A stretch of 51,793 nucleotides of DNA, from positions 10,238 to 62,030 of the forward strand of contig NW_004798141.1 of assembly GCF_000002075.1 (NCBI RefSeq). The letters are read 5' to 3'. Positions 38,601-51,037 of the stretch are shown here, one piece after another. The stretch comes from Aplysia californica. Lineage: Eukaryota. Both the position numbers and the translations under genes were made by a program. How positions within the stretch are numbered: the first letter of the stretch is position 1; every line of letters begins with the position of its first letter. The notes beneath the pieces are model-generated. The model saw only the letters and a list, made by a program, of their open reading frames with translations. It made no database searches and was not told where the DNA came from.

Positions 38601-40022
38601 AAAATTGACGAGCTCCTGATTCCACCACGTCGTGACACATATATGGGTGTACATGGGACCAAAATTCAAATTTTGTGTTTCTATATGTCATTTGATCCGG
38701 CAGTCATATCTGTAGTGGCATCACGCAAAAGAGTTTTCAGCATATTACATATTTTTAAGATTATGAAAATGTAATGGTTATGGGGGCTATTTTCGTGCAT
38801 ACTGACAATTTTCAAGAATTGGGAGAACAACAGTATTTCACACTTTCAACTTTGTCTCTGATGGAATGCCACAGTGGTCCCAAACTCCTGCTCCAAGTCT
38901 TACAAATATTCAGAAATGCAGAAAAATTAACAAATTTGTATCAATGACTGGAGGGGTCCCAAAAGGTGAATATTATTTTATTGTAATAAAATCTCTTTTG
39001 TTTTTAAATTACACTCTGTGAATGCATGTTTGGGGAAATTATTTTGTCACATTGTAAAATATGAAAAAAAAAGAGTAAATAGATCACATGCTTTCTTGGT
39101 TGTGTATCACTTACAGCTATGACGATGTGATAAGTATACGGATGGGCAAGAAACTGAATCCACGAGAAGCTTACCAGTGTGGGATTGACATCATGCAATG
39201 GAAAAATTTGCGCATTGAAGGTAAGTAATAGTAATACAGTGTGTCTGGAGAAGTGCTATGCTTTGGAGTGCTCTAGCTTTTACATTAATTAAAGAAGAAG
39301 TAGTGACATTATAACTTTAAGTGAAAATATAACATTATTCTTATTAACAGAACAATTGAATTTTTTAATATAATGTTGTAGCCTTCATCCAAGGAAAATG
39401 CTCTGGTGTGGTGTGCTTCTTCTTTCTTATCGAACATCCATCGTCCTTATCTCCCCTCCTTTTTTATGTTTGTTACTCTCTTGTAACACCTCTAATCCTC
39501 TGGCGCTCATATGGCCGTATGCAATTGCGAGCGCTGTAAAACCTCTACTTTAAAAAAAATCCAAGGAAAATGCCACTTAAGATTCAGATTTCCTCCTTGA
39601 TTCAGCTGCAACAAGTTGATTTTTTAAAAGTTTTTGTTCCAAGCTGTACTTTTTCACAAAATCTCAAGTAATTTTTTTTCCCAAGTTTCTGTTTTTTGGG
39701 GAGAAAAATGTACCGTTTCTTTTTTATAATGGTAGCATGTTTGTATTAACTGAAAGTTTATTTCGTGGTTTGTTTGTTTGTTTTCTTGTTTTGTTTTTTT
39801 GACAGGTTTGTCTGTCTTTCTCTTGTGGAAAGTATGTTCATGGTTTCTGAGCATAATGCAATGTTCACAATTTTTGTTTCAGAACCCTTTGAGGGGTCAA
39901 ATACAGCAAGATCAGTCTATGATGTGCATGTGTTTTGGAGGATATTGAGAGTAATCAGGGCCAGCTTCACCGCATTAAAACAGTCCAGAGATGTTGATTC
40001 GATACTTTCCAGACCATTCTAA
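29691..40022 (+). CDS. TENT2: Poly(A) RNA polymerase GLD2 / TENT2 / PAPD4 (440 aa, 12 coding exons)
   Basis: Exons: 29691-29905, 30134-30269, 31142-31256, 31528-31619, 32352-32415, 33347-33413, 33807-33883, 34267-34395, 36196-36242, 37325-37461, 39117-39220, 39883-40022. All introns are GT-AG with consistent phases, total 1323 nt. Nucleotidyltransferase motif VGSSMTGFATKSSDVDMC, IRAKVPILKF, third Asp in VECDLNINN..GIRNTHLL, KRWARYHDINDAS..TISSYSL.LMLIHYLQ, LGELFLGFLNYY. The nucleotide-recognition motif IEEPFEGSNTARSV is GLD2-like and lacks the His of TUT4/7/Cid1. Confidence 0.93.
30621..30718 (-). mobile_element. Degenerate SINE 5' fragment
   Basis: Reverse complement resembles the head and GTTGTGTCCTTG...CACTTTAC core of the 45401 SINE. 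Confidence 0.6.
37619..38277. mobile_element. piggyBac-like MITE in a GLD2 intron
   Basis: TTAA|CACATTGCACCCTAA ... TTAGGGTGTAATGTG|TAAA (TIR 14/15). Confidence 0.65.
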
Positions 40023-42174
40023 ATCCCCACTGATACTTTTTGATTTTGAACTGAGACATATGCTGACAGGACTATGGAACATTTGCTGGTTGTCATATTT
40101 ATTTCTAATTGCTCCTCATTTGAAGAAATAAATGAAGTGTGAAGGTAGTATGAACTGGGTTTTGTTGCTATATATGCTACCGGGTACTTTAAAATGAATG
40201 GTGAGTAAGTCAATTTTTCAAAACTTGTGAGATATTCTCTTGTAGCTGTACTAAGCATAGTATAATAATGTTCTGTTTTCAGTGTCAAGGAAGACACCAG
40301 AAATCTTTTCATGCTATTCAGTTGAACTTTCTATTGAATTTTGATTATACTTTTACTACCTTCGTGGCTATCGCCTTCAAGCAAGAGACCAAGGGACTTT
40401 TGCATATTAGAGAATGTTTTGAAAGGTTTTTTAAAATTCAGTCTGAAGTCTGTATGCATAAAAAAGACATTCAAAAGCTGCACTAACCTGAATGAGGCTT
40501 ATTGGCATTTATATATATAAATCTGTGGGGAAAGTTACCAGAATACAGCTTACTAAAAAATGGGGTATTGACCCATCTGTCAAGGATGAATTACTAATGG
40601 ATAGCTGATATGGAATTTTCATTGTGTTTGTCACCCTGTATGGACTTGACAGTGGTTCTTTAACAAATAGCATTATGTGCATATTTTGATCTTAGATCTT
40701 TCCTACTTTTTTGTTAGTATAATACAGTTGAGCACAGATATCTTGAACACATCAGGTTGACAAATGTGTTTGACACATCCGTAATTTGAGTGTACCACCG
40801 TGATAACCAAATATAAGATCTGTTACATATATATGCGGAAAAAAATCAAAAGAAGTAACTGTGACTTCCTTGCCATCATGGAAAAAACCTGGTATACAAT
40901 GATGGAAGAATAGAAAGATGAATAGTATGTGCATCTTGTTCGGTGTCAAAACAAGAGAAAAGAAGACAGTGATGCTGATGTAATCGACACTGGTCAGAGC
41001 ACTCCACCCATGCTACCATGTTTATTCGTTTTCCAATCCATACCGTCAGACAACCACATATACACACACGTGTAAATAAACACATACATAATTTTCACAC
41101 CATGTGGCCAAATACAATGCCACACGGTCTTTGTTTTGATATCACCTAGCATGTGCCATGATATGTCTTGATAACAGCAGTGTGTGAACCTCTGTGCAGG
41201 TTTGAGCCCTGTGGGTTCGTTGCACTTTCAATGGTGATGGGTGTGTGCGATTTGAATGTATGACAGTTGTGAGGAATAATTTCACCAGGTTTTTTCAAGG
41301 TACATAACAGTTCGGCAAATCCGTACGGGTGTTTGAGAACACCGTGTTGTCAAATGTATAGAGAATATTATATAGTGGTTCGGTTGGGGAATGGCATTTG
41401 GTATGAGCTGTCTGTGATTTCAAGTTTTAGTTGTTTGTGCTGTCTGTGCTCGATTGTTACCGCGTGGGCAATCTTCAATCACTGATACAGTCTATTCCTG
41501 TCTGTCATTTCTCTTTGTTCTTGAGATTTTTAGGCAGCTATCATAAGATGTTTCTTCTGTCACTTGTAATTCTGTATAGACCTTTTACTGTATCACATGG
41601 CTGTTTTGTTGAGAAGTTTGAAGGGCGTGAGCTACAATATTTTTCCCTCTTTTTTTATTGTAGTGTTTCTCTGCCATGTGCAATATATGACAATACGGAA
41701 CATGCATGTACTCTTGTTTGGTGAATTTCTTAGTGTGGGGTTCATGACCTGTTTTCTCTCACTCAAGGAAATTGCCAAATTTCTGTCTGGCTATGGAAGC
41801 TTCGTTTTGCCATGCAAATAATAATAATAATAATACAACCAATTGCAGGAATAAAGAAATGAAAAGTTACAATGAATGTAACTTTTATTTTTGTTAAGGT
41901 GTATGTATATAATTTCTAATGGTTTTGACTTGACAGGAAGTTGAAAGAATGTTTGTCCACATGACAGATGTGTCCAGTGTAAAAGATTGAATTTTATTTT
42001 CAGCATGCAGTTTTCAACCTCATAATACTGATATTCTTCTTCTCTAATTTCTGTGTTCCAATGGGGGGGCTTTTGTAAAAGAAGGCACTCATTTGTTCTT
42101 TCATCCCTCACTTGTAACAGATCAGCCACATGCACCTTGTACTTGTATTACAGTATTACATCCGGTGTACCAAT

Positions 42175-42555
42175 GTCTGTGGTGGAGCGGTTAGGTAGTT
42201 CACTTTAGTGGGAAGAAAATTTTAACGGAGTATCTCCTCAGCCTTTCTGCTAGGATGTTGTATCCTTCTCAGTTCGGGTTGGTCCTGATAGACAGGGTTG
42301 GAAGCCTCCTTCCTGAATGATCTATGATGGGGGCGTAAAAAACTTCATGGGCCTTCGGCATATTGTGGTAGAATAGAGTGGCCAGTTCCTTTCCACGCCA
42401 CCTTTACTTCCCCAACTCGAAGTCAGGTAGCGTACCCATTACTGCTGGGAGGGCAAGAGGGGGCCAAAAAAATCTGTGTCCGAACCGAGGCTCGAAACCG
42501 GACCTTTCACTTTGGAGACGAGCGCAGCGCTAACCGCTCCTCCACCGCACCCTCA
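42175..42555. mobile_element. Two degenerate SINE fragments in convergent orientation
   Basis: Plus-strand head GTGGTGGAGCGGTTAG at 42179. Minus-strand head GTGGAGGAGCGGTTAG at 42545, with B box GGTTTCGAGCC and an AATGGGTAC core. Confidence 0.6.
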
Positions 42556-45400
42556 AGAGTACTTTTTTCTTACAATTACTGATAGTTCTGTGATCTATGA
42601 GAGCACCTTCTCCTTAAGTTACCTGTTGTTGTATGTTCTTTAGTTCTTTCCTAAACTTTTGTTTGATATGACATGTCTTGAGTTTAAGAGAACTTTGATT
42701 TAATTATATATTATATGTTCCAACTAGTGACATACTGGTAGGCCTACATAGTGTACATAACAACATTCATCATACGGTCTTGTCAATATCAAATGGAGCT
42801 TAATACTAATACACATGCTGAGACATGGGTCGTGTCAGAATTGTCTTTTGCTCCATTGTCTTTTTCATGCATTCATGCAAACATAGCATGAATGTGTAGG
42901 ATTAAATATTCCCTGTTTCTGTGTCTCTACTCTCAGTAGGGTAGTACAGTCATGACTCATTCATATAATTTTGACCTTTTCAATCATTTGTTTCAACGAT
43001 AAAGAGGTGAATGTGAAATGCAGTGAAAGTGAAAAGGAGAGATGCTATTCTGAATTCTGTGCAGACTTTTCGTGCGAAATGAAAATAAAACATCAATGAT
43101 ACAAAATTGTTTTTCTTCATTCAAATTTTGTTTAGCAGCGTAAAAATTAATTCTCTTTAACTTTAACCAATGATTCATGTGTGACGTGTGTCATCCTCTC
43201 TAAGGCCATCATCTACCATAATTTCTATCTATCATGCCTTCAATACACTGTGCCAAAAAGCATTCAACTTTTCACCTTCCCTCCTCTGACGCATCATAAT
43301 ATTAAAAGTTAAATAAAATGTGTACACATTTACACCATTACTTGTCCATATGTTTATAATGGAGTTTGTCAATCTGATTTGCTGTATAGAACAGTGACCA
43401 GAAGACTAACAATAACAAAGACTGCTGAGAGGTCAAAACCATCAAACATAGGATGCAAATGTGAAACATTAGTGGTTTGGGCCACTGTTATACATGTAGC
43501 CGGCCAAGCATGTCTGTCAGAATGCCTGAAGGTATAGTGCAAAAATATAACAGAACTTTTGTACTAGTATAACGTGTCAAGAGTTCGGACTGATTGATTT
43601 TTGTTATAAATACTTATAAGCCTGCTAAAGCTGAAATCCTGTTATATAGCCATGACTGTTACTACATGTACTGTTATAAGTGGATCCACTGTGACTGTAG
43701 GTCTACACCACGTGTAGGTGTAATTGATGCACATGTATGGAGACCTTGGTGCTTTCTCGTCGTATCTCCATTTTTAATAACAGTGAAAACAGTTCTTAAC
43801 AAAGAGTGAGCTTAGAAGAAGTTACATTTTCTGACTGTTTAAAAAAAAGGATATATACGACAAGAAAGCACTGAGGTCGCGGTATCATGTACCTGTATCA
43901 AGTATCATGTTTTGTTCTGAGTTTTCCTCATGGAAACGTTTCGCTTGTGCATAAAAAAAGTGCTTCACTCTGAAAAAGTAAATAGTATCTGAATGTGAAG
44001 GTTTTCATCAGCCCTTCACTTGATTTTAATGACATGTGATAGCAGCCAAGCTCCTGACAAACCTTGTTGGAGAGCAGAAAGTCATGTGAGGCTTCACGAA
44101 TTAGAAATGCTGAAGCCACGAGAGAAGTGGAAATGAAGCTCATAAGAATGTGCCAAACTATTTTCTGCCAGAACTGGTTTCATTGGCCAGTCTAAAGTCT
44201 GTTGTCACAATAGACTTAGACAAGCGACAGGTCATTTTTTACTTTAAAATCATTTTCTCGTTTTCCCCTTAATCTTAATTAAGAAATCTACACATTCTCA
44301 GACTCGGACACTGATAAACTACAAGATGTTGGTGTTAAGTTACCTGTGCAGCTATAATGATGTATTATTACCTTTATGTTGTATTAGAATGGTTGTCTTT
44401 ATTTTTTGTATGTATTCAACGTATTCTACCCAAGTACATTATTGTAAGGAATGTAGTAGTAAGTGTAGACCTACACATTTATTACAGTGGATCCCACTAT
44501 AAGCTATGGTTATGGACTTGGTTTTCGCTAAAGCAGGCTTTCTTCATAATGTATTATAATAAATCACAAGTCTGATCTCGTAAAATTTTAAATGATTTAT
44601 TTGTGGTTGGAAAAGTTAGGTAGCATTCAGACCGACTTGCTCAGAGAGAGAATATAATTCAAACTAACAACAGTGGTCCAACCATCAACAAAATCCTTAA
44701 AACGAACACAAAACAGGGAAAAAAAGGAAACCAAATTTCGACAAATCGCATTGTAGCCTATCTGTGACCCACAATAATAGGCCTATAATGTTTGTGTTCG
44801 CATTAAAGTGCATCCTGCTTTCGGTTCCTCCCTCCCTTGTAAGTTAACAGGATAAAATACCCGGAGTATACATGTGTATGACTTCATGTATCCTCTGACT
44901 GACGAGCATAGGGGGAAAATTTCAGTGGTACCCGACTAGAAGAACAGGACCAGACCAGCAGGACCGACGTGATGTCCTTCTTGTTAAAGTTAAAGTTATA
45001 GCCCAAATTTCTGCTTGTAAGTGGATCACGTTTAATACATGACACTGTTAATTATTTTAATGAAAGGGTTCGTTTGTACTATTACAAATTACATTACCCA
45101 CACCATGTACATAAGTAGGCCTACCAATTTATCTGTTTTTCCGCTCCTCTCCTTTCCACTTCATCCTTCCTATTTTTCTTTTTCTACGTAACAGTAACAA
45201 ACATGTAGTAACTATATTAGTCCCATTGAGTTTGACCAGACATCATTTGAGATGCACAGGTAGCCTATAGAAGATAATAGGCCAACATTGTATTTGCGTA
45301 ACATTTATTTAGCTTACTGCAGGCTCCATGTTACAGCTATTCGTAATCAATACACAAATTTTAATTATTACATATACAATGTAGGCTATAGAACTGTGTA

Positions 45401-45758
45401 GTGGCGTCGGTGGCCTAGTGGTTAGGCTCTCGGACTCGCAACCGTAAGGTCGTGGGTTCGAATCCCGTCAAGGGCCCGACGTTGTGTCCTTGGGAAAGGC
45501 ACTTTACACGAATTTTCCTCACTCCACCCAGGTGGGAATGGGTACCCGGCTATAGACAGCGAAAGATCTTGTCAGTTTGTTATTGTTTGAGCGCTTAATC
45601 GGCTGCTTGCACTGTATGCTTCCCGGGAAGCTGAGAATGATTCGGAGTGTTCTATGGTCTGCTGGGGTAATAATATAGTGTAAAGCGCATAGAGCCTGCT
45701 GCTGAGCGGGGATATAATGCGCTATACAAATGCTATCTATTATTATTATTATTATTAA
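45401..45758 (+). mobile_element. tRNA-derived SINE, apparently full length, with (TAT)n tail
   Basis: A box TGGCCTAGTGG, B box GGTTCGAATCC, conserved central GTGTCCTTGGGAAAGGCACTTTA...CCACCCAGGTG..AATGGGTACC, and an L2-like tail ATGCGCTATACAAATG plus (TAT)n. Confidence 0.88.
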
Positions 45759-47021
45759 CTGCCATAGTAAATTGGAAAAGGAACATGCGTGGCGAATGCA
45801 GAGAAGTTGATCAAGCAAGCCCATTTACTACATGTACATGTATTATTATTAATTTTCATTCAGTCCTGTTCCCGTTACACAAGTTTCGATACAGTACTCC
45901 ACCAGAACACAATTGAATGTGACGCTGTAGTACCAGACCTTGGGCACTCGAGTCACTGTAATTGTAAGACGAGAATAGACGCCTAATGGTGGATTAACAC
46001 ATTAATTAACACTTCACAACACCAACACAGTGCTTCCAGCTTTTCCTCTCCCTCACCTGCATACATGAGTAACAGAAGTATAGTTACGGTATGATGATGA
46101 CGCACGATCATATAAAAAGTTAGGCCTCTTGTGATTCATGGTTTGCTCCATTTTTTTTCTTGATCATTTGAGTTACGAGTTTGTCAGTGTTTGGACTACT
46201 TTAATAACGCAGGAGCCGAGAATGCCTATTCTGAACTGAATGCTTTCTCATAATAATAAAACGAATTTTTAATATCAGAACGGACTCGAGGTTGTAAGCC
46301 GAAATCCTGTACGGAAATGATAAAATCCTTGCGATTGCGAGACTGTTAAAATTTAACTGTTTGTGGCACCCACTGTGTACGTCTGCAGGGACCAACACAC
46401 ATATTTGCAGTTTGGCGTTAGCCTACATAAAGTTTGGGTGAGTTTGATTTTACACAGAAACGCAGAGAAAAGAGACAGCGAGAAAAGGAGATGGATGGAG
46501 GGTTGGGGAACCTTTCAACTCTCACCCCCAAGTAGATCTACATTGTTGCAGTTGTACGTACATAGTACATGTAGGCTACATGACATCATGTACAAGTAAA
46601 TCTTGACCTTGCTTTCATCAAACCAGTCCCTATGACTATGAAGACCGGGAAGGCAGACTTTCAAGTTCAAGACAGTGTGCTCATGAGGCAAGTGACACCA
46701 TCCAGCCACTACATTTAACTCATCCCTTGATGAATCGTGATGTTTTAGTTTTACACGTAGTCGTAGCCCACTGAGGTAATCATGTTCGTCCCTGGGGGAG
46801 CGGTTTCAACGCAGTGACTAATTTGGGGATCGGGTAGCCTAACTGGAAAGTGCATTGCTAGAAAAGTGTAGAGCCCACTCCATCGTGAAAGATGATACAT
46901 GTATATAGGCCTACTAATTCTAATAGGAAAGCAGAAAAAGAGGACAAAGCACCCGGCACACCGAATTTTGGTTTGGTTTCATCTCAAGACTAAAGTTTCC
47001 AACCATCTGGAGGAATGGGGT

Positions 47022-47037
47022 GGTCCTGAAAAGGACC
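47022..47037 (-). terminator. Histone mRNA 3' stem-loop
   Basis: Minus strand reads GGTCCT-TTTC-AGGACC followed by ACCCC, 30 nt after the H1 stop. This matches the 6-bp stem/4-nt loop SLBP consensus. Confidence 0.92.
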
Positions 47038-47067
47038 AGTCAGCCGTGAAACTGGAACAAAACCAAT

Positions 47068-47622
47068 TTACTTCTTGGCGGCAGCTTTCTTTGCTGCTGG
47101 CTTCTTGGCTACTTTAGGCTTGGCAGCCTTTTTGGCAGGGCTCTTGGTAGCTTTTTTAGGCTTGGCAGCAGCTTTTTTAGTGGCTGGTTTCTTGGCAGCA
47201 GCCTTCTTTGGAGACTTTGGTTTCTTGGCAGCGGCTTTCTTGGGTTTCGCGGCTTTCTTGGGAGATTTGGGTTTCTTGGCAACTTTCTTGACGGGTTTCT
47301 TCTCAATTTTCTTGTCTCCCAGACGGAAAGAACCGGCAGCACCAGTGCCCTTTGCTTGTTTTAGAGTGCCATCTTTGACACCAGCTCTCAGAGCAGTCTT
47401 GACACGAGCGTTGACGGCAGTTGGGTTATCCCCGACTTTGTAGTTGGCAATAATGTACTTGAGGATAGCCTGGCGAGATGAACCACCGCGCTCTTTCAGT
47501 GCAGAGATGGCGGCAGCGACCATCACCTTGTACTGAGGGTGAGCAGCGGGAGCTTTTGGCTTGGATGGAGCCTTCTTCTTGGGAGCAGCCTTGGCTGGGG
47601 TAGCAACAGCAGCGTCAGACAT
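47068..47622 (-). CDS. H1: Linker histone H1 (H1.0/H1-delta-like), 184 aa, intronless
   Basis: Winged-helix globular domain [30 protein letters not shown]...[15 protein letters not shown], with a K/A/P-rich tail containing SPKK motifs and a downstream histone stem-loop. Confidence 0.97.
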   Translation of the reverse strand: MSDAAVATPAKAAPKKKAPSKPKAPAAHPQYKVMVAAAISALKERGGSSRQAILKYIIANYKVGDNPTAVNARVKTALRAGVKDGTLKQAKGTGAAGSFRLGDKKIEKKPVKKVAKKPKSPKKAAKPKKAAAKKPKSPKKAAAKKPATKKAAAKPKKATKSPAKKAAKPKVAKKPAAKKAAAKK

Positions 47623-47731
47623 GACTTTATAATAATAATGAAAAAGGTAGCCTAGTGTGAAAAATTAATGTGGAGCGTCTGTCGACTGTCGATGGAATGA
47701 TTCGAATGACAAATTTCGGAGCGAGGTAGCG

Positions 47732-47844
47732 TTATATTCCCCCCGCGCGGACGTCCGAGAGAGCATCTACGTCACAGCGTTTTTTCGAGTCGGTACAATG
47801 TTTTGTATTTCGTTGCGCATTGCAATTCTGTGCAAGGGCGGGCG
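47732..47844 (-). promoter_or_regulatory. Putative H1 proximal promoter (mirror copy)
   Basis: Reverse complement of 50159-50271 with the same motifs. Confidence 0.6.
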
Positions 47845-50158
47845 AATTTATGCCCTACAATTTTTTTATGATTCATTAAACATTTTTACAATAAAACGCT
47901 TGGTTAAATAAATGATTACAGAAGCTCACTGCATTGTTTTCCGAGCGTGTTCTTTCGTGTGTTGCTTGAAAATCAAGTTTCTCAGTCGACGATGTGTACA
48001 CTCGTCCTTAGATCTACATTGACATCGTTCAAAATTACTTTAAAAACTTTTCTATGGTACTTTCTGCTTTCTATTCTGTAATCATTAGTCAGATACCTAT
48101 TTTTACCAAATATTTAAATAAATGTACGTATTTTAAGCTTCTAGTAAACGTATTCTTACTTGTTTAGCTTCGGTGTGCTTGTTTAGCTTCGGTGTGCCAA
48201 CACAATACCGACAATTGAGTCAGAGTTGTCTATGAAGAATTAAGACTATTATTTCACATTCCCTAATAAAAAGATGCAATCAAATGATAATTATTGACAA
48301 GTGGGAGTATTGTCTATGGTTAATTGTTGTAAACTATAAAAAAAAAAAAGAACACTTGGGTTGACAAAACCCTCTTTTTCGGGGACTGTTTTCGATTAGC
48401 AAGCCAACTCAAGGAAAAGATGGCCGCGGAAGGAGGGAAATTGTTCCTGAGCTTATTAATTTTGGCCTTCGGTCTATTCAGTGTTCTTACATTTTTCTTC
48501 TTTATCGGCAAAAAAATTCAAATTTGTTATTTACAGTATATTTTTCTAAAAGATATATTGTAATAAAACGGGGATTAGAAGACGACAGCTGTCTACACCC
48601 AAGAGGGAATCATAGTATGTCACCCGACGACTGACCCATGAGATTGGAGGTTGAGCTGCTTTGTTTATTTGTGGAATAATCTTTGTGTAACAAATTTTTT
48701 TTTAAATAAGATAAAGGACAGAAGGTTGTCCATAGATCTAATTTCAACAGAGAACATAGTTTAAATTTAAGTCTGTTTCACCTCACAAAGGAACGTTCAT
48801 AGGGCGCAATTTATTCGATTGACTCCTCGGTTGGGATGTTTTCGGGCTTCAACCCTCAGCTCGCAGTGTTAAAATTGAAGGAAGGACCTTAGGCCTAGGC
48901 TAATTAGATCTATAGCATAGGCTGAAAATTGTACATACCTAGACGGTCAGAGAAGAATAGGTACATACGTATACAGTACAATGTACATCAAGTATTTTAT
49001 TCTATGCCAGTCAGCATTATAATAATATTTGTGTTCTGACGAAAATATGTGGATTATTTCGGTGGAAAAACGTCTTGTCCTATTGTTGCTTTTGAGGTTG
49101 GTCTCTACACACCAAGGAAGTTATATTTAGTGTTTTTTCCGTACTTTACAACAATATAATATAATTATGGGCCTTTGCATGATCTTTTTTTCTCAAAATG
49201 TTTATAGATATTGTATAGAGATCTAAGAGTCTTGCAAGACTGTACACTAAAAGAATCGAATAAATTGCGCCCCTATAAACGTTCCTTTGTGAGATAAAAC
49301 ATACTTAAATTAAATTTGATTTATGTTCTCTGTCAAAATTAGATAGGCCCTATATATACAACTTTTTGTCTTAAAATTATTTTTTTCACAAAGATTCCAC
49401 CAAAAACAAGTACAATGTATATCAGCTCAACCTCTTGGGAATAAAAACCTGTCGTCTTCTAATCCCCATTCCTTAACAATCTTTTAGAAACAGATACTGT
49501 AGGCTAAATACAAAATCTAAATTTTTAGCCGATAAAGAATAATAATATAAAAGAACACTGAATAGACAGACCGAATGCAAAAGCGATTAAATTCCCTCCT
49601 TCCGCGGCCATCTTTTCCTTGAGTTGGCTTGCTAATCGGAAACAGTAGTCCCCTAAAAAGGGGTTTTGTCAACCCATGTGTTCTTTATTTAAAGGTTAGA
49701 ACAATTAACCATAGACAACACCCCCACTTGTCAATAATTATCATTCGATTGTATCTTCTTATTCGGGAATGTGAAATAATAGTCTTAATTCTTCATAAAC
49801 AACTCAACTCAAATTGTCGGTATTGTGTTGGCACACCGAAGCCAAACAAGTAAGAAAACGTTCACTAGAAGCTTAAAATACGTACATTTATTTAAATATT
49901 TGGTAAAAATAGGTATCTGACTAATGCTTACAGAATAGAAAGCAGAAAGTACCATGGAAAAGTTTTTAAAGTTATTTTGAACGACGTCAATGTAAGGACG
50001 AGTGTACACATCGTCGACTGAGAAACTTGATTTTCAAGCAACACACGAAAGAACACGCTCGGAAAACAATGCAGTGAGCTTCTGTAATCATTTATTTAAC
50101 CAAGCGTTCTATTGTAAAAATGTTTAATGAATCATAGAAAAATTGTAGGGCATAAATT

Positions 50159-50271
50159 CGCCCGCCCTAGCACAGAATTGCAATGCGCAACGAAATACAA
50201 AACATTGTCCCGGCTCGAAAAAACGCTGTGACGTAGATGCTCTCTCGGACGTCCGCGCGGGGGGAATATAA
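50159..50271 (+). promoter_or_regulatory. Putative H1 proximal promoter
   Basis: GC box CGCCCGCCC (50159-50167), CRE-like TGACGT (50229), palindrome CGGACGTCCG (50246-50255) containing an H4-box-like GTCCG, and TATA-like TATAA (50267-50271). Conserved in the mirror copy. Confidence 0.6.
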
Positions 50272-50391
50272 CGCTACCTCGCTCCGAAAGTTGTCATTCG
50301 AATTATTCCATCGACAGTCGACAGACGCTCCACACTGTTCTTGTGTTATATTAATTTTGCACACTAGGCTACCTTTCATTATTATAAAGTC

Positions 50392-50991
50392 ATGTCTGAC
50401 GTTGCTGTTGCTACCACCCCAGCCAAGGCTGCACCCAAGAAGAAGGCTCCATCCAAGCCAAAAGCTCCCGCTGCTCACCCTCAGTACAAGGTGATGGTCG
50501 CTGCCGCCATCTCTGCACTGAAAGAGCGCGGTGGTTCATCTCGCCAGGCTATCCTCAAGTACATTATTGCCAACTACAAAGTCGGGGATAACCCAACTGC
50601 CGTCAACGCTCGTGTCAAGACTGCTCTGAGAGCTGGTGTCAAAGATGGCACTCTAAAACAAGCAAAGGGCACTGGTGCTGCTGGTTCTTTCCGTCTGGGA
50701 GACAAGAAAGTTGAGAAAAAACCCGTCAAGAAAGTTGCCAAGAAACCCAAATCTCCTAAGAAAGTTGCCAAGAAACCCAAATCTCCCAAGAAAGTCGCAA
50801 AACCCAAGAAGCCAAAGTCTCCAAAGAAGGCTGCTGCCACTGCCAAGAAACCGGCCGCTAAAAAAGCTGCTGCCAAGCCTAAAAAAGCTACCAAGAGCCC
50901 TGCCAAGAAGGCTGCCAAGCCTAAAGTAGCCAAGAAGCCAGCAGCAAAGAAAGCTGCCGCCAAGCCCAAGAAGTCCGCAGCTAAGAAGTAA
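50392..50991 (+). CDS. H1: Linker histone H1 (H1.0/H1-delta-like), 199 aa, intronless
   Basis: Same globular domain as the 47068-47622 copy, a longer K/A/P tail, and a downstream stem-loop. Confidence 0.97.
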   Translation: MSDVAVATTPAKAAPKKKAPSKPKAPAAHPQYKVMVAAAISALKERGGSSRQAILKYIIANYKVGDNPTAVNARVKTALRAGVKDGTLKQAKGTGAAGSFRLGDKKVEKKPVKKVAKKPKSPKKVAKKPKSPKKVAKPKKPKSPKKAAATAKKPAAKKAAAKPKKATKSPAKKAAKPKVAKKPAAKKAAAKPKKSAAKK

Positions 50992-51021
50992 ATTGGTTTT
51001 GTTCCAGTTTCGCGGCTGACT

Positions 51022-51037
51022 GGTCCTTTTCAGGACC
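51022..51037 (+). terminator. Histone mRNA 3' stem-loop
   Basis: GGTCCT-TTTC-AGGACC followed by ACCCC, 30 nt after the H1 stop. Confidence 0.92.

Noticed and set aside
29691-40022. Assignment as a terminal uridylyltransferase (TUT4/7), which would be attractive next to histone genes
   Set aside because: No zinc knuckles, short length, and the nucleotide-recognition loop EEPFEGSNTA lacks the UTP-selecting His, so it is GLD2-type.
45403-45476. tRNA-like sequence with A and B boxes (also 20850-20924 on the minus strand)
   Set aside because: The acceptor and anticodon stems do not pair properly, and each continues into a SINE body and tail, so they are SINE heads rather than tRNA genes.
47075-47443. 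Hydrophobic antisense ORFs over both H1 genes (also 50574-50969 and 50653-51156)
   Set aside because: These are mirror products of Lys/Ala/Pro codons on the opposite strand, with no independent evidence.
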